Origin: Nitrospirales bacterium
GTDB taxonomy: Bacteria; Nitrospirota; Nitrospiria; Nitrospirales; UBA8639
NCBI GenBank assembly: GCA_963555755.3
Contig: OY820905.2
Coordinates: forward strand, 2,528,001 to 2,592,000
Direction: 5' to 3'
DNA: 64,000 nucleotides
This document shows positions 41,076 to 50,204 of this stretch, one piece after another; position 1 is the stretch's first letter; each line of letters starts with the position of its first letter. The position numbers and the translations under genes are program-made. The notes under the pieces were generated by a model. It was not told where the DNA came from. It did not search any database and was given only the letters and a program-made list of their open reading frames with translations.

Positions 41076-41897
41076 ATGAGAGGTGAATTCCTTGGAGTAT
41101 GGTCTGAAACGTGGAACGAAATTTGGGAAGAAATTTCTGCAAATGCCACCAAGGATTTGTTCTGTGAGATTTATCGTGAGCTCGCAGGTGCACTAAAGAG
41201 CAAGCTGAAGCCAGAAATGCTTGCAGATATCATCGATGACCCGGCGAGGAGCAGGGACTCACTTCGGGCGACCCGTCCGGAGGATCTTGCTTGCGAGCGC
41301 GAGGTGATGGAGTTCTTTGAAAAGACACACGAGGCGCTCGAAGACCTGGCAGGCGAAGCCTTTTCGAATGCCTATTTCAACCTACTGGCCGGCTTCATCG
41401 ACAAGTTCAGTTTGCGTTACGACCTGCGTCGGCCCTGCATCCTTTGCCCTACGCTGCCGGGTGTGTTCGCTAGCCTGGTGCGTGATCTTCGAGCAGTGGC
41501 TTCTCAAGATACACATCTCGACAGCCTAATGAAGGAATTCGAAAACGCAATCCGCGACCTGCGCACCGATTGCTCTGATGGGCGCATCAAGACCTGCATT
41601 CAGAAACAGGTAAACCTACTGGAAGCACTCGGGCAGAATTGCCCTGGTGTCACAAATGACACCCTCGGTGCAATCTGTGAACAAGTGGGCACTTGGCCTC
41701 ACGACAAGGTCAAGGAGGCGCTGATGAGTCTCTATAAGTTCACATGCAGCTATCCAGGTATTCGCCATGCTGGTACGCCAGGTAATGCAATACGAACAAT
41801 TGAAATGCGAGACATGGTGGCGATGTCCATCCTATTGGCTGGATTCACACCTTATTTGACCGACCAACTCAACGCGAACAGCATGTATCGAGGATGA
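41076..41897 (+). CDS. Hypothetical protein with a C-terminal HEPN/AbiJ-like motif; putative defence effector
   Basis: Helical protein ending LYKFTCSYPGIRHAG; embedded in the hsd operon. Confidence 0.55.
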   Translation: MRGEFLGVWSETWNEIWEEISANATKDLFCEIYRELAGALKSKLKPEMLADIIDDPARSRDSLRATRPEDLACEREVMEFFEKTHEALEDLAGEAFSNAYFNLLAGFIDKFSLRYDLRRPCILCPTLPGVFASLVRDLRAVASQDTHLDSLMKEFENAIRDLRTDCSDGRIKTCIQKQVNLLEALGQNCPGVTNDTLGAICEQVGTWPHDKVKEALMSLYKFTCSYPGIRHAGTPGNAIRTIEMRDMVAMSILLAGFTPYLTDQLNANSMYRG

Positions 41898-41909
41898 TAG
41901 GGAATCGTT

Positions 41910-43574
41910 ATGCCAACTACCCGCGAACAACTCCAACGCTGGCTCGATGAACCGGAAGGCGTCCACCTTGAATTCAAGGAAGCGAAGCACAACTTCCACT
42001 TCGACAAGTTGCTGGAATATTGCGTGGCATTGGCGAACGAGGGTGGCGGCAACATTATCCTCGGCGTGACCGATCTGCGACCGCGACGAATTGTTGGCAC
42101 GCAGGCATTCGCCGAGCCTGGTCGGACTGAAGCAGGGTTGTACGATCGGCTGTCCCACCACATTCCAGTGGAAGAGGTCACGACCACCGATGGGCGCGTG
42201 TTAGTGGTGCATGTGCCGCCTCGGTTGCCTGGGACGGCTTGGCAGATCGAGGGGCGCTACCTCAAACGCGCCGGGGATGAGTTGACGCCCATGACGGCAA
42301 ATGAACTCCGCGCGATCTTTGGGGAAGTAGGGCCGGACTTTTCGGCGGAGCCGTGCCCTGGTGCGACTGTTCTCGACCTCTCGGCGGCGGCGATTGGGGC
42401 ATTTCGTACCCGCTGGGTTGAACGGACGCGAGATGAACGGAAGGTGGCATGGACCGATCTTGAGACGTTGACCAATGCCGAATTGCTGGTCGAAGCCGTT
42501 CCCACCTATGCGGCGTTAATCTTGTTTGGCACACGCGCGGTACTTGGCCGGCGGCTGGCGCAGGCGGAAATTGTGTTCGAATATCGGTCATCCGAGGCCT
42601 CGGGTCCGGCCGCCGACCGTGAGGAGTTTCGGGAGGGATTTTTTCTCTGTCACGATGCGCTGTGGCAGAAGATCAATTTGCGCAACGATCGCCAAAGCTA
42701 TCAGGATGGATTGTTCCGGGTAGAGCTGCCTACCTTTGATGAGGTGTCGGTGCGAGAAGCCCTGTTGAATGCGGTGGCGCATCGAGATTACCGGCAGGGT
42801 GGCTCCATTTTCGTTCGCCAGTTTGCACACCGGTTTGAGGTGGTCAGTCCTGGGGGACTTCCACCGGGCATCACTCCCGAGAATATTCTTGAGCAGCAGA
42901 GTCCACCCAATCGTCGCCTCGCCGAGGCTTTGGCCAAGTGCGGCTTGATCGAGCGGTCGGGTCAAGGCATGAACCTCATGTTTGAACAGGCGATCCGGCA
43001 GGGCAAACCACTCCCCAGCTTGGCCGGGACTTCGGCTCATGAGGTTCGTCTCACGCTGGACGGTCTGGTAAAGCGCCCAGCTTTTGTGCGTTTTATGGAG
43101 CGGCTTGGCGCGGAGCGGCTTCGTTCGTATTCCACCAACGACTTTCTTGCGTTAGATTATTTGCATCGGGAAGAACCGCTGCCGGACTATTTGAAAGCCA
43201 GGTTGCCGGGGTTAATCGATGGCGGTGCTGTGGAGTCCATCGGCCGTGGGAAGGGCACGCGCTATTTGCTGTCGCATCACTTATATGCTGCATTGGGTAC
43301 CAAGGGGGTGCGTACCCGTAAGAAAGGGCTCGATCGGGAGACAAACAAAGCCTTATTGGTCAGGCATATCCAGGATAACAAGGCTACAGGGTCAAAAATG
43401 GAGGAACTCCGGCAAGTGCTCCCCGCTCATTCGCGCAGTCAAATCCAAGTTCTGTTGCGCGAGTTGGTGAAACAGGAGGCGGTGCATGTCCATGGAGCGA
43501 CTCGGGCGGCCCGCTGGTATCCAGGGCTCGAAGAATCGGATTGCAACCATGCGTCAGTCCAATGCAATACTTGA
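41910..43574 (+). CDS. AlbA_2 (Schlafen-like) + HATPase_c_4 + HTH protein
   Basis: EGVHLEFKE..ALANEGGGNIILGVTD; REALLNAVAHRDY, SPGGLP, IERSGQG. Confidence 0.88.
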   Translation: MPTTREQLQRWLDEPEGVHLEFKEAKHNFHFDKLLEYCVALANEGGGNIILGVTDLRPRRIVGTQAFAEPGRTEAGLYDRLSHHIPVEEVTTTDGRVLVVHVPPRLPGTAWQIEGRYLKRAGDELTPMTANELRAIFGEVGPDFSAEPCPGATVLDLSAAAIGAFRTRWVERTRDERKVAWTDLETLTNAELLVEAVPTYAALILFGTRAVLGRRLAQAEIVFEYRSSEASGPAADREEFREGFFLCHDALWQKINLRNDRQSYQDGLFRVELPTFDEVSVREALLNAVAHRDYRQGGSIFVRQFAHRFEVVSPGGLPPGITPENILEQQSPPNRRLAEALAKCGLIERSGQGMNLMFEQAIRQGKPLPSLAGTSAHEVRLTLDGLVKRPAFVRFMERLGAERLRSYSTNDFLALDYLHREEPLPDYLKARLPGLIDGGAVESIGRGKGTRYLLSHHLYAALGTKGVRTRKKGLDRETNKALLVRHIQDNKATGSKMEELRQVLPAHSRSQIQVLLRELVKQEAVHVHGATRAARWYPGLEESDCNHASVQCNT

Positions 43575-43703
43575 CCGAGGTTTTTCCTTTCTGGACCAAC
43601 ATATTTCCTTTTATTCCAATGCGTTACGATTGCAACCGTATTGTGACCGCATTGGGCTTAGTTGCAATCTCTGACTGTTACTCAGTGCGGAAAGCCTGAA
43701 GGG

Positions 43704-46700
43704 ATGAGCCACTTTGGTTTTCTCCAGACGGACTGGCCGGCGGTTTTCGAGGCAACGGCGAAGGCGGAGTTGTTGGTGCACGCCGATCCACGCACGGCAT
43801 GCTTCTATGCCCGGCGCGCGCTCGAGCTGGCCGTGGCGTGGGCGTACAAACACGACAGTTCGCTGCGGCTTCCGTATCAAGACAACCTGAGTGCGCTGAT
43901 CCACGAGCCCACTTTCAAGGCTGTTGCTGGCGAGGCGGTGTTCAGTAAGGCCCGGGTCATCAATACGCTGGGCAATCAGGCTGTTCACAGTCATCGTCCA
44001 ATCCAACAATCTGACGCACTTACGGCGGTGCGGGAACTATTTCATGTGGGCTACTGGTTGGCCCGTTCGTATGCTCGAGGCACGAAGCCGGCTCCGGGGT
44101 TGGCGTTCGATGCACAGGCACTGCCCAAGACCTCGCCGCTACCGAAACAGACCATCGACCAGCTCCAGCAGCTAGAGTCTGGTCTTCGCGAGCGGGACGA
44201 GAAGCTTTCGGCACTCCTAGCCGACAAGGACGCCTTGGATGCGGAGCTAAAGCGGTTGCGCGCTGAAGTGGCCGAGGCAAAAAAGGCCACTGCGGCGCAA
44301 CCGGACACGCATGATTACTCCGAGGCCGAGACCCGTGACTACTTCATTGACCTGTTGCTCAAAGAGGCTGGTTGGCCGCTTGAGCAGCCGCATGATCGCG
44401 AGTTCGAAGTGACGGAGATGCCGAATACTCAGGGCAAAGGCTTTGTGGACTACGTGCTCTGGGGTAACGATGGCAAGCCCCTGGGTCTTGTCGAGGCTAA
44501 ACGCACCCGTCGCGATCCGCGAGTCGGGCAACAACAGGCGAAGCTCTACGCTGATTGCCTGGAACAACAGTTTGGCCAACGGCCGCTCATCTTCTATTCC
44601 AACGGGTACGATCACTGGTTGTGGGACGACGTGAACTATCCGCCCCGCCAGGTGCAGGGTTTCTATAAGAAAGCCGAACTGGAGCTTGTCATTCAGAGAC
44701 GCAGTATCCGAAAGTCACTCGCCGCGGCTGCGATCAACCTTCAAATTGTCGAGCGCTACTACCAGACCCGGAGCCTTCGCCGCATCGGCGAAGCCTTCGA
44801 GCGCGACCATGACCGCAAGGCCTTGGTGGTGATGGCCACCGGGGCGGGTAAAACACGTACGGTCATTGCCCTTTCGGATCTCCTGATGCGCTGCAACTGG
44901 GCAAAGCGCATCCTTTTCCTCGCCGATCGCGTGGCCTTAGTACGCCAAGCAGTGAATGCGTTCAAGAACCATTTGCCAGATTCTTCGCCGGTCAATCTCG
45001 TCACCGAGAAGGACACCGAAGGGCGGGTGTTTGTTTCGACATATCCGACCATGATGGGTTTGATCGACGACACACAGGACGGGCTTCGGCGCTTCGGGGT
45101 CGGCCACTTCGATCTCGTGATCATCGACGAGGCACACCGCTCGGTGTTTCAGAAATACCGGGCCATCTTCGAGTACTTTGACTCGCTACTGGTGGGCCTC
45201 ACAGCCACCCCGAAAGACGAGGTGGACCGTAACACCTACAGTCTGTTCGATCTAGAAAACGGCGTCCCGACTGACGCCTATGGACTCGAAGAGGCGGTGA
45301 ATGATGGATTTCTGGTTCCGCCCAAGGCGGTGTCGGTGCCGCTCAGGTTCCAGCGTGAGGGCATTAACTACAATGACCTTTCCGAAGAAGAAAAAGAACA
45401 GTGGGACGCGCTTGAGTGGGATGAGGAGGGTGGTGTCCCCGACCGGATCGAGGCCGAGGCCGTCAACAAGTGGCTGTTCAATAAAGACACCGTGGACAAG
45501 GTGCTGGCTCATTTGATGACGCGCGGGCTGACCGTTGCTGGCGGCGATCGGCTGGGCAAAACTATCCTATTTGCCAAGAATCAGGCCCACGCTGATTTTA
45601 TCGCCGACCGGTTTAATATCAACTATCCGCACTATAAGGGCGAGTTTGCCCGGGTCATCACGTTCAAGACCGAATACGCCCAGAGCCTGATCGATTACTT
45701 TTCCAATAAAGACAAGCCACCCCACCTCGCACTCTCGGTGGATATGCTCGACACCGGCATTGATATTCCGGAGGTCCTTAACTTGGTGTTCTTCAAACTG
45801 GTGCGTTCGAAGACCAAGTTCTGGCAGATGGTCGGACGCGGAACACGCTTGTGCCCGGACCTGTTCGGACCGGGCCAGCACAAGCAGTTCTTTTACCTGT
45901 TTGACTACTGCCAAAACCTTGAGTTTTTCAGTCAGAACCCTGAGACCACAGAGGGTGCGCTGGGTCAGTCACTCGGCAAACGGCTCTTCAAAGGGCGGCT
46001 CGAGCTTATTGGAGCGCTCGATAAAAAGTTAGTTGGTCTAAGCGAAACCGACAGAATCAAGCTCGTAGGTTCCGTCTATGGCGATCCATTCACAGAATCA
46101 GCTTTGCGGCAAGTGGTAGCGGAACTCTTGCATAACGAGGTCGCCGCCATGAATTTGGAAAATTTTGTCGTACGGCCCAAGCGACGTGTCGTCGAGAAAT
46201 ATACCAAAACTCATTCCTGGGACATTCTGTCTGCGGAATCATTGCATGAATTAGCACGGGAGGTAGCTGGCTTGCCATCTGAACTCGAGCCTGAATCCGA
46301 AGAGGCAAAGCGCTTTGACCTGCTCATACTCAATTTGCAATTGACGGTCCTGGGCTCCAAGCCCGCCTTTGCGCGTTTGCGCGATGAAGTGATAGCGATC
46401 GCCGGTTTACTGGAAGAGAAGTCTGCGATTCCCATGGTACAAGAGCAAATGGCGCTGATTCAGGATCTGCAAACTGACGAGTGGTGGCAGGACGTGACCT
46501 GCCAGATGCTTGAGGCTGTCCGGCGGCGGTTGAGAAATCTCGTGCAGTTGATCGAGAAGGCGAAGCGTATACCCATCTACACCGACTTCGAAGACGAGAT
46601 GGGTGATGAGACAGGTGTGGATTTGCCAGGCTTTACGGACAGCAACGGTTTCGAGAAGTTTCGCGCAAAGGCGCAGGCTTTCCTCCGCGCGCATCAGGAT

Positions 46701-47120
46701 CACATGACAATTCACAAGCTGCGCATGAACAAAGCACTCACAGAAGGGGACCTGGCTGAACTGGAGCGAATGCTCGCCGAAAGCGGAGTCGGCGAGATGC
46801 AAGACATCAGTCGGGCCAAGGCAGAGTCCCAAGGCCTCGGTCTCTTCGTGCGCGCACTGGTGGGCATGGACCGAGAGGCCGCCAAGCAAGCACTCGCAGG
46901 ATTCTTGGCGGGTAAAACAATGAGCGCGAATCAGATCGAGTTCGTAAACCTGATCGTGAACCGCCTGACTGAGCACGGTGTGATGGAAGCCACAGCGCTC
47001 TACGAATCGCCATTCACCGACCTTACCCCGCAAGGTCCAGATGAACTTTTTACATCCATTCAGGTGGATGAATTAATTCGAGTTCTCGATCAGGTCAGGG
47101 CAACAGCTGTGGCCGTCTGA
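43704..47120 (+). CDS. hsdR: Type I restriction endonuclease subunit (DUF4145 + nuclease + SF2 helicase)
   Basis: VDYVL..VEAK, QQAKLYAD, MATGAGKT, IIDEAHRS, LTATP, DMLDTGID, QMVGRGTR. Confidence 0.95.
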   Translation: MSHFGFLQTDWPAVFEATAKAELLVHADPRTACFYARRALELAVAWAYKHDSSLRLPYQDNLSALIHEPTFKAVAGEAVFSKARVINTLGNQAVHSHRPIQQSDALTAVRELFHVGYWLARSYARGTKPAPGLAFDAQALPKTSPLPKQTIDQLQQLESGLRERDEKLSALLADKDALDAELKRLRAEVAEAKKATAAQPDTHDYSEAETRDYFIDLLLKEAGWPLEQPHDREFEVTEMPNTQGKGFVDYVLWGNDGKPLGLVEAKRTRRDPRVGQQQAKLYADCLEQQFGQRPLIFYSNGYDHWLWDDVNYPPRQVQGFYKKAELELVIQRRSIRKSLAAAAINLQIVERYYQTRSLRRIGEAFERDHDRKALVVMATGAGKTRTVIALSDLLMRCNWAKRILFLADRVALVRQAVNAFKNHLPDSSPVNLVTEKDTEGRVFVSTYPTMMGLIDDTQDGLRRFGVGHFDLVIIDEAHRSVFQKYRAIFEYFDSLLVGLTATPKDEVDRNTYSLFDLENGVPTDAYGLEEAVNDGFLVPPKAVSVPLRFQREGINYNDLSEEEKEQWDALEWDEEGGVPDRIEAEAVNKWLFNKDTVDKVLAHLMTRGLTVAGGDRLGKTILFAKNQAHADFIADRFNINYPHYKGEFARVITFKTEYAQSLIDYFSNKDKPPHLALSVDMLDTGIDIPEVLNLVFFKLVRSKTKFWQMVGRGTRLCPDLFGPGQHKQFFYLFDYCQNLEFFSQNPETTEGALGQSLGKRLFKGRLELIGALDKKLVGLSETDRIKLVGSVYGDPFTESALRQVVAELLHNEVAAMNLENFVVRPKRRVVEKYTKTHSWDILSAESLHELAREVAGLPSELEPESEEAKRFDLLILNLQLTVLGSKPAFARLRDEVIAIAGLLEEKSAIPMVQEQMALIQDLQTDEWWQDVTCQMLEAVRRRLRNLVQLIEKAKRIPIYTDFEDEMGDETGVDLPGFTDSNGFEKFRAKAQAFLRAHQDHMTIHKLRMNKALTEGDLAELERMLAESGVGEMQDISRAKAESQGLGLFVRALVGMDREAAKQALAGFLAGKTMSANQIEFVNLIVNRLTEHGVMEATALYESPFTDLTPQGPDELFTSIQVDELIRVLDQVRATAVAV

Positions 47121-47143
47121 GGTAAATTGGGGTCGAGAAATTT

Positions 47144-47282
47144 GGGTCGAGTCTTTTGTTGAGAGTTTCGGGTTGCCGGAGGGGACTTCAGAACTATGGC
47201 TCATTCCCTTCGAACTGAGAATTCTTGAGCCATCGGTTCTGCGGAGATGGAATTGTTTAATTAGTCAACAAAAGATGTGACC
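47144..47282 (+). mobile_element. RAYT-derived MITE, family B, copy 1
   Basis: TIR GGGTCGAGTCTTTTGTTGA...TCAACAAAAGA; direct copies at 48027 and 48667. Confidence 0.8.
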
Positions 47283-47465
47283 TCTTCTCCTTCTCTTCTT
47301 GTAATCTTCCCTTCTTCTTCTCGAAGGGAAGCCTTCCCTTGCTCCACTTCTAATAGTTATTTTTCCTGACTGCGACCTATTTATGTGTTGCAGTTTGCAG
47401 TCATTTGACGTACAATTGAACTATACACCCTACCTAATGAATCACTTATTGAAGGAGTCTAAGCC

Positions 47466-47719
47466 ATGGCGAATGTCACGGTTCAATCACGAGTCAAACC
47501 GGAACTGAAAGAAAAAGCGGAAGCGGTTTTTTCAGCGGTCGGGTTAAGTACGTCCGATGCCATCCGCATGTTTTTGCAACAATCGGTGAATATGGGCGGG
47601 TTGCCATTCCGCCCGACCGCCAAACAACCCAATGCCGACACCCTTGAAGCCATGGCCGAATTGGCCAAGGGAAGACGTTTCGCAGCACCAAGGAATTCTA
47701 TAAAGACCTCGGCATTTAA
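47466..47719 (+). CDS. dinJ: RelB/DinJ antitoxin with an apparent frameshift near 47668
   Basis: VQSRVKPELKEKAE..GLSTSDAIRMFL..GGLPF..PNADTLEAM; natural tail KTFRSTKEFYKDLGI* is in another frame. Confidence 0.8.
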
Positions 47720-47722
47720 TCC

Positions 47723-48001
47723 ATGTACAGCTTCACGCGCTCATCGAAGTTTCGGCGTGATGTCCGTCGGTGTCAACACCAACACAAAGACATGGAGAAG
47801 TTTAAAACCCTCCATGAACTCCTGATTGCCGGAAAGCCTCTTCCATCCAAATACAAAGATCATTTGCTTATAGGCACTTGGGGAAACCACAGAGAATGTC
47901 ACCTGGAATCCGATTGGCTCCTCATTTACCGAATCAACGAAGGAGAACAGCTCATCGAGTATGTCCGTATGGGCAACCACGCCGAGTTATTCAGTGGCTA
48001 A
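47723..48001 (+). CDS. yafQ: YafQ-family mRNA interferase toxin
   Basis: YKDHLLIG..RECHLESDWLLIY..RMGNHAELF. Confidence 0.92.
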   Translation: MYSFTRSSKFRRDVRRCQHQHKDMEKFKTLHELLIAGKPLPSKYKDHLLIGTWGNHRECHLESDWLLIYRINEGEQLIEYVRMGNHAELFSG

Positions 48002-48026
48002 ATACTGTCACGAGAAAACGAAAAAC

Positions 48027-48171
48027 GGGTCGAGCCTTTTGTTGAGAGTTTCGCGTGGCCGGAGGGGACTTCATCACTATGGCTCGTCCCCTTCGAATTG
48101 AGAATTCTTGGGCCTTCGGTTCTGAAGAGCTGGGATTGTTTCATGAGTCACCCAAAGACTACTCCGACCCC
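48027..48171 (+). mobile_element. RAYT-derived MITE, family B, copy 2
   Basis: Contains ATGGCTCGTCCCCTTCGAATTGAG = MARPLRIE (48079), a typical RAYT transposase N-terminus. Confidence 0.8.
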
Positions 48172-48207
48172 AACTCCGAAGCGGCAAAACACTAAAAGGA
48201 GCACCCG

Positions 48208-48624
48208 ATGAGTAGGATTCTGGAACAAGCCAAGTTGTTCTTTGATGCATGCGAAACCGAAAAGGGCTGGGAAGGCTGTCGTGCCTACTGCCATCCGGAC
48301 GCGACGTTTTCTGCACAAGCGGCGGCGATTTCTGACATAGAGACCGTCGAAGGATATAGCGAGTGGATGAAGAATCTTCTTACTCCGATACCAGACGGAA
48401 GATATGAACTGAAGTTCTTTGCAGCCGACGAGGAGCGGAACTGCGTGGCTGCATTCGCCGTATTTCATGGGACACAGACTGGCCCCGGAGGCCCTGGCGA
48501 GCCAACAGGAAACACCGTAACAGCCGACTATGTCTATGCCATGGAGTTCAACGGCGACCGCATTCGTCACATGACCAAAATATGGAACGACACCATCAGT
48601 CTCCAGCAGTTAGGGTGGCCATAG
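48208..48624 (+). CDS. SnoaL-like / ester cyclase (NTF2 fold) protein
   Basis: FFDACETEKGW, F.GTQTGPGGP.EPTG, YVYAMEF..RIRHMTKIWND. Confidence 0.85.
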   Translation: MSRILEQAKLFFDACETEKGWEGCRAYCHPDATFSAQAAAISDIETVEGYSEWMKNLLTPIPDGRYELKFFAADEERNCVAAFAVFHGTQTGPGGPGEPTGNTVTADYVYAMEFNGDRIRHMTKIWNDTISLQQLGWP

Positions 48625-48666
48625 ATCTCGCGATGTTACGACCTGGGCAAAAACCGGGTCGGAAAC

Positions 48667-48807
48667 GGGTCGGGTCGTTTGTTGAGAGTTTCGCGTTGCC
48701 GGAGGGGACTTCATAACCATGGCTCGTTCCCTTCGAATGGAGAATTCTTGAGCCATCGGTTCTGCGGAGATGGAATTGTTTAATTAGTCAACAAAAGACT
48801 CGACCCC
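48667..48807 (+). mobile_element. RAYT-derived MITE, family B, copy 3
   Basis: Near-identical to 47144-47282. Confidence 0.8.
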
Positions 48808-49091
48808 AAATCTACACTTTTGTGCTCACACAATCCTAACGAGATTTTACGCACCAAATCGGTGTCGGAACTCGGGCTCTCCGGACTGGTCTCAGCATTG
48901 CGTCATCAACCCAGCCATGGTGAATGATTAATGGACACGGGCAGAGACTCCATTAAAGGTCCTTGATCGTGTGGTTTCCCTTGAAACGTGAATTCCCTAT
49001 TTGGATCTTCCAAGAACCCTGTGTTGGGGGCATTCAGTTCAGTGGATTAGACGCCTGAACTAAGCGTTAACAGATTGTTTGAAACAGAAAT

Positions 49092-49736
49092 TTAAGCCTT
49101 GGGTTTCACGCAACTCTGTTGACCACGCCATTGAGACAGGCGATAGCGCAGCGTACTGGCCCAGTATTGGAATGACTCTTCGAGGGCAGTCCCTTCGGAG
49201 GAAAATAATCTCCCACTCCGTCGATCCACAGCGGCCACCAAAAGAATATTGAGTTCAGCATCAGTAATCTTGGCTTCAATACTGGCCGCTCCAGAGTGGC
49301 CAGTGAGGCCAGAGGGATTCGCTTCGGTAAGCGCTACACTAATCTGCATCACGTTAGGGCTTGGCTGTAGAACAATACTGTAGTCGGGTAATAATTTGTC
49401 ATGGAGAATGCCCCTAAGACGTGTGACCAAACGCGAGCGCTCGCGTGGAGGAACGTCGTGCAGAGGGGAACTCTTTCCCATCCAGAGTTGAACGGGGTCG
49501 ATGATGACTTTGGTGTATTTTTTCCATTCGGCAATGGGATTCTTATAGATCAGGAGGGCCTCACCTTTTTCCCCCTTCCGGAGGATGGAATAATCATCAA
49601 GGAATCCTGATTTCACGACATTCCTGGACTGCTTCGTGCTGGAACATCCTACTGCTCCAATCAGAAAAACGATGAGAACGATTCGGGATATAATGGTCAC
49701 GGCCTGACTCCTTTTTGAAAATGCACGTGTATTCAT
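49092..49736 (-). CDS. DUF3313-like lipoprotein
   Basis: Lipobox AVGC, SGFLDDYS.L, YTKVIIDPV, ASIEAKITDA..AAVDRR. Confidence 0.75.
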   Translation of the reverse strand: MNTRAFSKRSQAVTIISRIVLIVFLIGAVGCSSTKQSRNVVKSGFLDDYSILRKGEKGEALLIYKNPIAEWKKYTKVIIDPVQLWMGKSSPLHDVPPRERSRLVTRLRGILHDKLLPDYSIVLQPSPNVMQISVALTEANPSGLTGHSGAASIEAKITDAELNILLVAAVDRRSGRLFSSEGTALEESFQYWASTLRYRLSQWRGQQSCVKPKA

Positions 49737-49961
49737 GTTTCGTCGCCCTGGGGGGCGAATGTTAGTCTCTAACTCATTTTCCCCATATCTTGTCAAGCTC
49801 CCCTCCCCTCTTCACTCACAGTTTTGTTCCCCATTCTCCGTCTCCGGTAGGCACACTTCATCACATGCCTGAATGAATTCAAGAAGCGTTGGGTCTCACC
49901 TCATATGGCTTGACGATGATGACCTCGGGATGGATTGTCTGTTGGGATCTCTTCTATTCAT

Positions 49962-49991
49962 GTCGGGTTACGCTGCGCTAACCCGACCTAC
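49962..49991 (-). repeat. GTAG-type REP
   Basis: Minus strand GTAG-GTCGGGTTAGCGCAGCGTAACCCGAC. Confidence 0.75.
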
Positions 49992-50204
49992 TGGTAGGCG
50001 AAGGGAGTTGGGAACGATTTCCGCCGGTGGCTGAAATGACACGAGCCTGAGGTTCATCGAATCTGATTCCATTTATTACCCTTTCACGTTCTTCTTCCAA
50101 CTGCGCAGGTTGAAAAGCATAATTCCCTGCGAAGAACATGCTTGCGTGATGAAAAAAGGCGACTCAGGTAGAGCCTGAGCCGCCTGAGAAGAATGGCCTA
50201 ACGC

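Noticed and set aside
47144..48807. Integron attC sites
   Set aside because: No RYYYAAC..GTTRRRY boxes or intI gene; the repeats have TIRs and a RAYT stub.
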